Source: an uncultured bacterium (GTDB taxonomy: Bacteria > Krumholzibacteriota > Krumholzibacteriia > LZORAL124-64-63). Taken from it: 64,000 bases of DNA. How positions within the stretch are numbered: position 1 is the stretch's first letter; each line of letters starts with the position of its first letter. Both the position numbers and the translations under genes were made by a program. Positions 1-9,224 of the stretch are shown piece after piece. Location: assembly GCA_963727525.1 (NCBI GenBank), contig CAVSGO010000005.1:1-64000 (forward strand), read 5' to 3'. The notes under the pieces were generated by a model. It ran no database searches and had not been told where the DNA came from. It saw only the letters and a list, made by a program, of their open reading frames with translations.

Positions 1-568
1 AGCCGCCGCTACCCCCGTCACGGCGCTGAACGGAGTATATCACGTACGAGGTGCGCGTAGGAGGTCGAAATCGTCCCGGCCAGTCAGAGACCGTAGTCCA
101 GCAGGGCGGGTCCAATAGCGGGTGCTGGACGGGCGGGCGAGAGACCGACATCGCAACATATTGGCTGCGTGTCGATTACCCGTCTATTTGATGTCTGGTG
201 CGCGCTGTTAACCGCTTTGGGCGACAGGCACGGGAACTGAGAATCTAAGAGAGAACGACGGCCACGGGGGCTGGTTCAGGCCGCGCTGCAGAATTCTCAG
301 AATTCTCCACCAACTGTTCGGGCTTTCGAAAACCCGCCCTCGCTAACTCCGCAACGACACGCGCTTATAGCCGCGTTGAATTGCCGCAAATATTACCGCT
401 CAGTTGAATATTACTAGTGGGTCTGGTACCGGAGAAAGAAACTGGCTCCCCTGGTGAGACGCGGAGACGGAAAACTTCTCAGAATTTGACGTTTCGCACT
501 GTTGCTCTCTGCGAAGCCACGCGGATCAGGCGTTTATCGCGCCCCCTCTCTTACCGACGATCCCCGAC

Positions 569-2053
569 CTATTTGATCATCATCATCCGCCCCAACAGCG
601 TATCGCCACCCGCCGTGATCCGGTAGTGGTAGAGGCCCGAGGCGACAGTGCGGCCCGCCGCGTCGACGCCCCGCCATTCTTCGCTGTAGAATCCGGGCGC
701 GAGCACGACACCGGAATTGTCATCAAAAACCAACCGACCCCCGCTATCGAATATCTCAATTCTAACTGCCGACGGCTGTGCGATCTGGTAGCTTATCGCA
801 GTCGACGCATTAAAGGGATTGGGAAAGCAGTTCGAGCGAAGCAAAACTCCGCCGACGACCGGCGGCTCATCTACAGCTGTCGCAGATAAACACGCGACGC
901 CATACAATCCCTGTAAGTCGCAGCGGCCGTCAGGCAAACACGGCGATCCCTCATGTAGTGCATAGGGAACCTCCGGGTTTGCGTCGCGGCAAAATAGAGG
1001 GTCGAGGGATATATTTCCATTTGGACCAAAATCTTCTTCAATGAGACCGACCCAATCACCGCCTACGTTGCCATAAATGTCGTTGCAGTTGAGTATCTTA
1101 GAAATGTTGGAATTGGCGCAATAGACGCCTTGTCCTCCGAGGTTTGAAGCAATAATCGTTTGATTCATCCACCAAATGCAATTTAAAATATAGATTCCGC
1201 CGCCGTATACTGCGTAGTTGTCTACAACTGTACTTGAATACATCTCCAAACGACTTTGCACAAATATCCCGCCGCCGGAACCATGCCCAACGTGACTATC
1301 TGTGTAATTTCCAGAAATTATACAATGATCGATATAAACATTCGAACTTGCGTATATCCCAGCGCCATCCAGTTGAGCGTGGTTGTTGGATACCTGACAG
1401 TCGGAGAAACTGGGGGCAGCACCCGCGTTCGCATAGACCCCAGCACCAGTACTTTGCGCGAAATTAGAGTCTACGACACAGCCGCTAAACAGGGGATCGC
1501 AGCCGCCATAACAACGTATCCCACCCCCATAATCTGCGGAATTGTCGATAAATTTACAGTCGACTATCGCCGCATCATTCGTTAGTCCCCAGAGAAAAAA
1601 GCCGCCTCCTTGGCCAAAGGGAAGTGCGCTGTTTCCTCGAAAAACACAATGCCGAATGACCGGAGCAACCTTGTAGCAGTATAAGCCCCCTCCCCAGCGA
1701 TCAGGCGCCGCGCCCTCGGCGTGACCACCAGTAAAAGTGATCCCCTCAATGACGAAAGTTGCACCCGACACACCTTCCGAACTCATAACACGGCTCACCC
1801 CTTGCGCATCGATCGTTACACACGTTGGGTCACCGCTTTCACTTCGTAAACTCACGCCTGGGGTTAAACCAATATCATGTTCCCAGTACACCCCGCAAGC
1901 AACGAAAACAGTATCTCCAACAGCTGCAGAGTCTATTCCAGCTTGAATCGTCGGCGCCTCGCCCGGTACCAGCCAATTCCGGGCATCGACACCTGACGCG
2001 GCAACGCCAATCAGGAGTCCAGTAGCCAAGAAAACTGCCAGCCGCGATCCCAT
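569..2053 (-). CDS. Secreted right-handed beta-helix repeat protein (Pmp/PbH1-like) with C-terminal FlgD-Ig-like PNPFN domain
   Basis: Signal peptide; VPGEAPTIQAGIDSA start motif; repeated FxxN...GGG(I/L) units; C-terminal CFPNPFNAST...WRGVD..G..VASGLY. Confidence 0.8.
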   Translation of the reverse strand: MGSRLAVFLATGLLIGVAASGVDARNWLVPGEAPTIQAGIDSAAVGDTVFVACGVYWEHDIGLTPGVSLRSESGDPTCVTIDAQGVSRVMSSEGVSGATFVIEGITFTGGHAEGAAPDRWGGGLYCYKVAPVIRHCVFRGNSALPFGQGGGFFLWGLTNDAAIVDCKFIDNSADYGGGIRCYGGCDPLFSGCVVDSNFAQSTGAGVYANAGAAPSFSDCQVSNNHAQLDGAGIYASSNVYIDHCIISGNYTDSHVGHGSGGGIFVQSRLEMYSSTVVDNYAVYGGGIYILNCIWWMNQTIIASNLGGQGVYCANSNISKILNCNDIYGNVGGDWVGLIEEDFGPNGNISLDPLFCRDANPEVPYALHEGSPCLPDGRCDLQGLYGVACLSATAVDEPPVVGGVLLRSNCFPNPFNASTAISYQIAQPSAVRIEIFDSGGRLVFDDNSGVVLAPGFYSEEWRGVDAAGRTVASGLYHYRITAGGDTLLGRMMMIK

Positions 2054-2268
2054 TCACTCCCCCTCTACGGGACGCCCGGTGAGGGCGCCAACGTGCTCTG
2101 AGTGTACCATGGACGAGCTGGGGTGTTCAACGGAGTCGCTCGCAGCCTACTGGACGGTCGGGCTACCGCCGGCTCGAGGGCGGGCCACGGAGGTCCAGTA
2201 GGGTGAAGCCTCCAGGCTGGTCTATTGCCCCCCGTCGCGGAACAGGGACTTCACCGCGCCCCAGGTCG
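2012..2268. repeat. Inter-gene linker repeat, copy 1 (direct repeat of 3392-3648)
   Basis: Manual alignment at offset 1380: 13 mismatches in 257 bp, no gaps; 2041-2160 is identical to 3421-3540. Confidence 0.97.
2101..2130 (-). promoter_or_regulatory. Putative sigma70 promoter inside linker repeat copy 1
   Basis: Minus strand TTGAAC-N18-TACACT with extended -10 TG; RBS GAGGGGGAG just before the ATG at 2053. Confidence 0.55.
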
Positions 2269-3433
2269 TCGTCTCGGTCGCCACCGGACCGTCGGCGAGG
2301 GGAAGGTAGTTGACGTAGATGTCCGTATAGGGATCATCATTGCCGTCGTAGATAAACTGGTCGAGAAGCGCGGTATCCGTCGTACCCCAGTAGTTGTTTG
2401 AGAGATCCAGAATCCACGGCTCTGATAGTTGGTAGTGGCCGACGTAGACCCACCACGAGGAGTCGTCGGTACGCAAGAAGTGATTGTTGCTTATCGAACC
2501 GCTTTCTATCCGCGCCGTAAGCTCCAGGACCTTGCTGCCGCCCGAGATGATGTTGTTGTGCATAGCCAAGCTGGTGATCGTGTAATCGAGTACAAATGCA
2601 CGCCCCGTCGCAGCTTCGATGTCATTGTCTTCAAACGTGACCGTGCCAGCATCGGCCAACCAGACGCCTCGCAACAGACTCCCTACGATCGAGCATCCCG
2701 TGACAGAGCCGGAAGCGCGATCAGCGAACATAATTCCCGTGCTTCCATCGTCGATCTGACAATTCGATATGGCAATTTCCTGACACCCGCTCCAATAAGC
2801 ACCGATACTTGCCCCGAAATTGTGTATAAAAGAACAATTATCGACATCCACACCGGCACAGGGTTGATAAAAATCTAACGCAACACAAGATTCCTCAGCC
2901 CAAAGGCCATTGTCATGAAATGTGCAGTTTCGCACCCAACCTCCATATGGCGCAATCGCAAATACACCGGCGACAACGCAACCACGAATTTCGCATTCAT
3001 CGGCTTCAATTCGGCCGCAATCCAGATATAGACCGAAGTTCATAATATTTTGGATCGTAAGATCGCGAACCGAGATAGATACGGAATCACCTCTAACCCA
3101 AAAACCACAAACGCTATCATTGATCGAGAATTGGTGAACGTCCTCCGGTCCAATAACCGTTTCTCCCATGCCAGCGCCGATGAATGTGAGGTTTTTTGTC
3201 ACCGCAACGAAAACCGGGATGAGCGGATTCTCTGGCGGGTGATGCCACTCAGTATACAGTCCGGGGCCGATATGGATGACATCACCATCTGCGGCGGCAT
3301 CCACCGCGGGTTGAATTGTCGTATAGTCTCCACTACCATCCCGTTCTACAATCCAGGTCCGCGCGTAGCCCCCGGACGCTGCGAGCAGGACCAGGAGTCC
3401 AGTAGCCAGAAAAACAGCCAGCCGCGATCCCAT
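2222..3433 (-). CDS. Secreted right-handed beta-helix (NosD/PbH1-like) protein with C-terminal TWGAVKSLFR tail
   Basis: Signal peptide; TWIVERDGSGDYTTIQPA; Cys/Asn-rich beta-helix repeats; NNYWG; ends TTWGAVKSLFRDGGQ. Confidence 0.8.
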   Translation of the reverse strand: MGSRLAVFLATGLLVLLAASGGYARTWIVERDGSGDYTTIQPAVDAAADGDVIHIGPGLYTEWHHPPENPLIPVFVAVTKNLTFIGAGMGETVIGPEDVHQFSINDSVCGFWVRGDSVSISVRDLTIQNIMNFGLYLDCGRIEADECEIRGCVVAGVFAIAPYGGWVRNCTFHDNGLWAEESCVALDFYQPCAGVDVDNCSFIHNFGASIGAYWSGCQEIAISNCQIDDGSTGIMFADRASGSVTGCSIVGSLLRGVWLADAGTVTFEDNDIEAATGRAFVLDYTITSLAMHNNIISGGSKVLELTARIESGSISNNHFLRTDDSSWWVYVGHYQLSEPWILDLSNNYWGTTDTALLDQFIYDGNDDPYTDIYVNYLPLADGPVATETTTWGAVKSLFRDGGQ

Positions 3434-3648
3434 TCACTCCCCCTCTACGGGACGCCCGGTGAGGGCGCCAACGTGCTCTGAGTGTACCATGGACGAGCTG
3501 GGGTGTTCAACGGAGTCGCTCGCAGCCTACTGGACGGTCGGGATACCGGCGGCTCGAGGGCGGGCAGAGGAGGTCCAGTAGGGTGAAGCCTCCAGGCCGC
3601 TCTATTGCCCCTCGTCCCGGAACAGGGACTTCACGGCGCCCCAGGTCG
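3392..3648. repeat. Inter-gene linker repeat, copy 2
   Basis: About 95% identical to 2012-2268, same orientation. Confidence 0.97.
3481..3510 (-). promoter_or_regulatory. Putative sigma70 promoter inside linker repeat copy 2
   Basis: Identical to 2101-2130. Confidence 0.55.
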
Positions 3649-4771
3649 CCGCCTCAGTCGGAGTGCTTCCGCCTTCGAACGGCATGAAGTCAATGATGTC
3701 AGGAACCGTGCTGTCGTCGCGCCCGTCCCAGATCAGAGCCGCAATCGCCGAGCTGTCGGTGACGCCCCAGTAGTTGTTGCTGAAATCATGGTGCCTTATC
3801 GTGCCGCTAGATTCGGTACATTTCACACAGAACCCGGATGCGGGCAATAGGTCCGAGTCTGTTAGTCGCATGAACAACGGCTGTTCACACCACACAGCTT
3901 CTAACGTTGTCTCCGAAATCGAGCAATTTCTCGCTTCAAGATGAGATCCAGGATAGATCGCTATCCCTAACAACCCACCGATGACTGAAACTTCGGTTAA
4001 ATAACCGATGCTTCCGTTTGCTAGATACATTGCGCCACCATACAGGTTCGTAAAAGTCGTCTGTCCAATGGTCGCAACACTTGAAAGCACGTCGACACCT
4101 ATATTTCCACCTTGAAACGTGCAATTACCGATATTAAAGCTCTCTACACTATTAGCTTGTACATGGCAGTTAAAAAAAACGCAATCCAATATATTTAAAT
4201 TTTGACACCGACCGCTCGCGGGAGTTGCAATACCCTTTGACGTTCCACTAAAGCCGCTAAACTGGCAAGACGAAATATCCGCATCAATACACCAAAGAGC
4301 AATTGCAATCTGATTGTTATCGAATTTGCAACCTGCGATCGCAACTTGGTCTTCTGGACTATAGATGCCGCCATAGCAGTTTTGGACACAGAGATCTTTT
4401 ACGGTCGAATTCGGCAGTAACCCAAACCAAATGCCTTTCGGCCCATAGTGCGCCCAGTCGAAGTCCGCGACGGGGGGGCCTATGATTGTCTGATCGGCGC
4501 CAGCGCCGATGATTGTCAAATCGTCAACCGTGACGTAGGCATAAATATCTATGCTGGCGGTCCAGTACGGCGGTTGGATCGTTTGGAACTCCGTATACTC
4601 CCCTGGACCGATATCGATGGTGTCGCCGACGGCCGCCGCATCGAGCGCGGGTTGGATCGTCGTATAGTCGCCGCTGCCGTCCTTCTCGACTCGCCATGAC
4701 CGCGCTGAGGCACCCGATGCCAGCCCTCCGACCAGCAACACGACCACGACCGCAGTCAGGGCTTTCATCAT
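3602..4771 (-). CDS. Secreted right-handed beta-helix (NosD/PbH1-like) protein with C-terminal TWGAVKSLFR tail
   Basis: Signal peptide; SWRVEKDGSGDYTTIQPA; NNYWG; ends ATWGAVKSLFRDEGQ; paralog of 2222-3433 with a divergent AT-rich core. Confidence 0.8.
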   Translation of the reverse strand: MMKALTAVVVVLLVGGLASGASARSWRVEKDGSGDYTTIQPALDAAAVGDTIDIGPGEYTEFQTIQPPYWTASIDIYAYVTVDDLTIIGAGADQTIIGPPVADFDWAHYGPKGIWFGLLPNSTVKDLCVQNCYGGIYSPEDQVAIAGCKFDNNQIAIALWCIDADISSCQFSGFSGTSKGIATPASGRCQNLNILDCVFFNCHVQANSVESFNIGNCTFQGGNIGVDVLSSVATIGQTTFTNLYGGAMYLANGSIGYLTEVSVIGGLLGIAIYPGSHLEARNCSISETTLEAVWCEQPLFMRLTDSDLLPASGFCVKCTESSGTIRHHDFSNNYWGVTDSSAIAALIWDGRDDSTVPDIIDFMPFEGGSTPTEAATWGAVKSLFRDEGQ

Positions 4772-4938
4772 CGAGGCTCCCCCGTTCGAAGCAGCGCGTC
4801 CGGGCCGTCATCGCCTAACGGCCACGTAAGCCAGCGCCTGGTACTAGTCTACCAGATCGCGGGGGCAAGAAGTAGGGATTCGTCGCGGTAGGAACGCGAG
4901 AGTTGAATAGGCAGGGAATCCCCGGCGACCTCACTCGC

Positions 4939-7233
4939 CTAGAAAATCACGACGCCAGGCAATGCCGAACGGTAGACACCAGCGAGGTGGTCAAACGCAT
5001 GGGCATGCCGGTAGTGGTCGAGTGCCCCGGTCTCCGTCCACCGATACCGCAGCTCGCCGGTCGAGAGGTCACGCACGCGGGTCGGCGCCTTCAGCTGCGC
5101 GTAGAACTCCCCGCCGTCGATCTCCCGCGCGTTCAGGGGCAGTACCCACCGCTGCTCCCGGATCTCCTCGTAGGCCGAGTTCAGGGCGTACGTGCGGTCG
5201 ACACGAACGAGCCCCTCCGGGCGGTCCCACTGCGGCTTCCCGTAGCCGTCGTTGGTGTACACGAGCTTGAAGACGTAGGCGTACCGGGACTCGCGCGCCC
5301 AGTGCTGCACAAGGTGCGGTTCCGGCTGAGCGGAGATCACGCAGCGCTCGACATGGTAGTCCCACAGCAGCCGGTCCAGCTCCTCGAACGACCGCACCCG
5401 GCCGATGAACGCCGCGTGCCGCGCCAGGATGCCGCTGCGAACGTCCGGGAGCGTCGAGATCACCACATAGAACGTCCCCGCACCTACCGAGACCCCCATG
5501 CTGCAGTAGCGGGTCCCGAGCTCGAACGGCCGCGTCGAATCGGTGACGCACCTGTCCAGCAGCTTGTTCGTGATCTTCAGGCGCTCGCGGTCGGTGCCGG
5601 ACAGCATCTGGCTGATCGCCGTGTCGAACTCGTCGACGAACGGGAAATGGAGCATGGCGCACATCAGGGCGTCGGGGCCGTGGTCGTCCTCCTTGACGAT
5701 CCGCCCGGCCTCGTCGCGGTGGTAGCGCAGCAGCTGGCGGACGACGGTCTGCAGGTCGCCGTGGTCGGCGATCTTGAGCTTGCCGTGGGCCAGGTACCGG
5801 GCCACGTTCTCGATGCCCTCGTCCTTGAACTTGTTGAACGGGACGGGGACGACCTCGAAGCCCGCGTTGCGGCAGTCGAGGTTGCCGTAGGCGTTCTCGG
5901 CATCGCCGTAGACGACGAAATCGCCCGACGCGCGGACGCAGCTCCACCAGGTACTGCGACCAGCTCGCCGATGGTCTTGCTGTCGAAGATCCGGGCTTCG
6001 GGGATCGACGACGCGGTCGACGGCCGCGCTCGGCCAGGACGGCCACGGCGAACCGCCCCCAGTCGATGCCGACGGCGCGCCTGACGCGGCCCTGCGGCCG
6101 CTCGAGGTCGGATAGGGGAGTGACTGCCGCCTGCACCTTCTCCGGGTCGTAGATCATCCCCGAGGCCTTGGGCCGCTTGCACTCGTGCTCGACGGCCCAG
6201 ACGTCGGTGCCGCGGTTGAGCATCTTGGCCTTGAGCACGTTGTCGCGCGTGAGATGGCCGGCAGGTGGTGCGGGCCCGGCCGTTGACAGCCCTCGAAGTG
6301 CTCGCCGATCAGCTCGCCCTCGGCGTTGTAGTCGGGCACGATCTCGGTCAACGGGCACTGGGTCTCGGCAGTAGCGCAGGGCCCGCGGGTCGTCGTCCGT
6401 CGCGTCCTCCAGGCCCACCTGGCAGCGCCGCCATGCAGTCGTACACGTCCCAGCGGTACCGACGGTACCCCCGCTCCTCGGCGAGGTCCCAGGACTCCTG
6501 GAAGAAGCCGAAGGGGACGTGGAAGGTCGACAAGAGGACGATCGTGAAGTTCGGCTCGCTCAGGACGCGACTGGATCGCCGCGTGCAGGATCTTACCGAC
6601 GCGGGGGTCCTCCTGGCAGCACTCGTCGGCCACGAAGCCCGGGACGTGGCTGGCCACGGGCGGCCTTCTCACTGCGCCGGCACACAGGTCAGCGTCACCC
6701 CGTTCTTGAGCGCGGTCTCGCGACTGCAGCGGGTCCTTGGCCAGCAGGGCCTCGGCCAGGCCCGGGCACGCAGTACCAGAACTGGGTCGTGTACTCGTAC
6801 ACGCGCTTGGCCTGCTCGCCCGAGCCCGCCATGTCGATGAACGACTTCTGCCGGTAGACCATCATCAGCCAGATCAGGATCGCAGCGGCCAGCGACCCAC
6901 CACCGCCTCGAGGCTTCCACAAGATCGCCTGCTGCACCCGCTCGTAGAACAGGTCGCCCAGGAACTCCAGCATCGGCGGGATCACGACGATCGGCAGCTT
7001 GCGGCCGTCCTTGTAGATGAACAGGTGGCTGCTCGACGCAGCTCGCGTAGGCGGCGGTCCTGCTCGTCGACGCTGAGACCCGGCTCCAGCAGATCGGGCA
7101 GCCCGAAGTCGGTGGGCGAGACGCCGAGGCCGACCTTCTCCAATAGGGACGAAGGCGAGGTGAGGACCACGACGTCGCCCTCGTTCTTGGCCCCGTGGAT
7201 GACCTTGGTCTTGGGCTGGGACTTGATCGCCAT
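4939..7233 (-). pseudogene. Terminase large subunit-like gene broken by multiple frameshifts (true decay or assembly artefact)
   Basis: Stitching frames gives WKPRGGGGS (Walker A-like), AGSGEQAKRVY, FVADE (Walker B), LLSTF (motif III-like), VGIDWG and KEDDHGPDAL (nuclease), then a second nuclease-like domain ending LDHYRHA. Confidence 0.75.
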
Positions 7234-7345
7234 GTGATCGCCTCTAAATCGTTGCCAGCACGTCAGATATCACTTGCTGGGGGCCGCCCGGGAGAGCGTA
7301 CATCAAGGCAGGTGGAGCCGATGCACCCCAACCCCGGAGGCCCCC

Positions 7346-7414
7346 ATGACCGTTCACGAAGCCATTCACCAGTACCTGACCAGCCTCGAGGCCGAGAAGC
7401 GATCCCCGCACACG
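7346..7414 (+). pseudogene. 5' stub of a tyrosine recombinase/integrase (XerC/D-like N-terminal domain), truncated by the IS91-like element
   Basis: GGAGG RBS at 7336-7340, then MTVHEAIHQYLTSLEAEKRSPHT, resembling the FL..L..Er..SphT start of Xer/Int proteins; similarity stops at the oriIS-like motif. Confidence 0.6.
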
Positions 7415-9224
7415 GCGTATAGGTCAAACAGACCACGTTTTCGGAACCCCTCCCCCACATGGCGCCGACTCGCGCGCTCGATTCTACCACACTTTTGCCG
7501 CGCCTTCGCATGAGAGTCGTCCGTGAACCTCGCGACACGCCCGTTGTGAGCGGCTCGAGGCGTCATTCCGCGGTGCCAATCGCCAGATTTCGTCCCCGCC
7601 GCGCAGACTGCTCCCACCGGCCGACTGTCGGGCCTCGCCCCTTGACGATTCCGAAGCTCGGGTTCTCAGTCCGCGTCCGGCAGGCCGGCTGTCTGATCCA
7701 CCTCGTCCCAGATCACTGGACCGCTCGCCTGCGCGAACTCCAGTTCTCCTTGCGGCGGTGAGCGCGCCGGCAACGTGGCCGGCGGCTCACTCTCCAGATC
7801 GAGGTGATCGAGGATCCGCTTGATCACCACCGGGTCCAGGATGAAGGACAGGATCGTCATCGGACTACCGCAGCGCGGGCATTGCAAAGGCCGCGCGTCG
7901 TAGATGCGAGCCAAGAGCAGCGCCCAGCTACGCGACGCTTTGGGGCGCGGCTGGGTCGCTTCCGTCATCCCCATCGCAGCCCTGGCGCGCTCGAGCGCGA
8001 GCAGCACCGTGCCGGCGGGACCGGCGGTCTGTGTGACCGCCCGGCGCAGCTTCGCCCCTGGAGCGAAGACCCCACAGTACCGATGGCGGTGCTTGCGTGG
8101 TGGGGCGAGCAGGTCGACCACGCGCTCGAGGAACTCCAGCGGGCTCAGCAGGATCTCCGTGCGGCCGTCTGGTCGTGGTCGGCGCAGGCGGTACACCAGG
8201 GTGTCGGCATTGAGGCGGCCCAGGCGGCCGGCGGCCAGGGCCGGTCGCGCGCAGTAACGCACCAGTCGCTCCAGGCCCTGGCGGTCCCAGTCGGCAAGCC
8301 TGACCTCGGCGTGCACGGACCAGCCGCCGCCGTGTTGCCAGGTGCGCATCTCGCTGGCCGCGGCGGCGTCCAGGTGACCGTGTTTCACGAGCCAGCGCAG
8401 GCCGCGGTGGCGGAGCTGATCGCGGACGCGCGTGATGGCGGCCTCATCGAGATGGGCGGCTGGGTGGAAGAGCGCAGCTTCGGCGTCGTCCTCGGCGGCG
8501 CTGAACACCCCGTCGGTCACCAGCACATGGAAGTGCACGTGGCTGTTGAGAGCGTCGCCGAAGCGGTGGACGAAGAGGATGGCGCCGAACTGGGTGTCCG
8601 GTGGCGCACCGGGGCTCGCCCGGCGCACGGCTGCCTGCACCGCCCGCAGGAAGATCTTCGCCAGGCCGTCGACGACCTCGGGCTTGTGCTTGAGAAACCA
8701 GCGCACCCGCTTGGGTACCGAGACCACCCACTGCCGGTATGGCACGCGTGGCAACACCTCGTCGACGAGGTGGGCGGCTGTCTCCACCATGCGGCGCGTG
8801 CCGCAGGATGGGCACAGGTCACGGACCTTGCAACTGAAGGGCACCAGATACTCGTGTTTGCACGATGCGCAGCGCACGCGGGCGAAGCCGTGGGCCGGGA
8901 TGCCGCAGCGCAGGTACTCGCGCAGGGCGCGCTCGGCGGCCGGGCGCACCGGGCGCAGGTCGGGATCGCGGGATTGCGCCAGGGCGAGGAACGTCTCCAG
9001 GTGCTCGCGGACGGTGCGGTGCATGACCGTCGCGGCGGGCTGGCGGGGGCGATAGATGGCGGGGCAGGTGGCGGTGTCGATTGCGAAGGGCATGAGCGCC
9101 TGCCGTCGCCGCTGGGCGTCGGGAGGCGGGTGGTGGTGTCAATGGCGGGGATCGCCAGCGAGTGTGCGCCTGGGATCGGGCAGCACCTTGCAGGTCGCGA
9201 GCCAGAGGCGGTGCTTTCGTGGGT
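7415..9224 (-). mobile_element. IS91-family (ISCR-like) rolling-circle insertion element; upstream boundary approximate
   Basis: HUH transposase plus oriIS-like end GCGTATAGGTCAAAC at 7415-7429, downstream of the gene; no terminal inverted repeats. Confidence 0.75.
7666..9093 (-). CDS. IS91-family/ISCR HUH transposase with N-terminal Zn-binding domain
   Basis: YLRCG..HGFARVRCxxC...FSCK.R.LCPSC; RQWVVSVP; HRFGDALNSHVHFH (HUH); LVRYCARP (single Tyr); YCGVFAP; CPRCG. Confidence 0.93.
   Translation of the reverse strand: MPFAIDTATCPAIYRPRQPAATVMHRTVREHLETFLALAQSRDPDLRPVRPAAERALREYLRCGIPAHGFARVRCASCKHEYLVPFSCKVRDLCPSCGTRRMVETAAHLVDEVLPRVPYRQWVVSVPKRVRWFLKHKPEVVDGLAKIFLRAVQAAVRRASPGAPPDTQFGAILFVHRFGDALNSHVHFHVLVTDGVFSAAEDDAEAALFHPAAHLDEAAITRVRDQLRHRGLRWLVKHGHLDAAAASEMRTWQHGGGWSVHAEVRLADWDRQGLERLVRYCARPALAAGRLGRLNADTLVYRLRRPRPDGRTEILLSPLEFLERVVDLLAPPRKHRHRYCGVFAPGAKLRRAVTQTAGPAGTVLLALERARAAMGMTEATQPRPKASRSWALLLARIYDARPLQCPRCGSPMTILSFILDPVVIKRILDHLDLESEPPATLPARSPPQGELEFAQASGPVIWDEVDQTAGLPDAD

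Noticed and set aside
417-626. Short ORF 417-626 and other small ORFs overlapping the beta-helix genes
   Set aside because: No RBS or recognisable motif, and they overlap better-supported genes.
2012-3648. Linker repeats as integron attC sites, CRISPR repeats or a DGR template/variable pair
   Set aside because: No clear RYYYAAC/GTTRRRY box pair, the repeats extend into coding sequence, there are only two long copies, mismatches are not adenine-specific, and no intI, cas or reverse transcriptase gene is present in the window.
4939-7233. Intact prophage
   Set aside because: Only a terminase-like gene is present; no portal, capsid, tail, lysis or replication genes are in the window.
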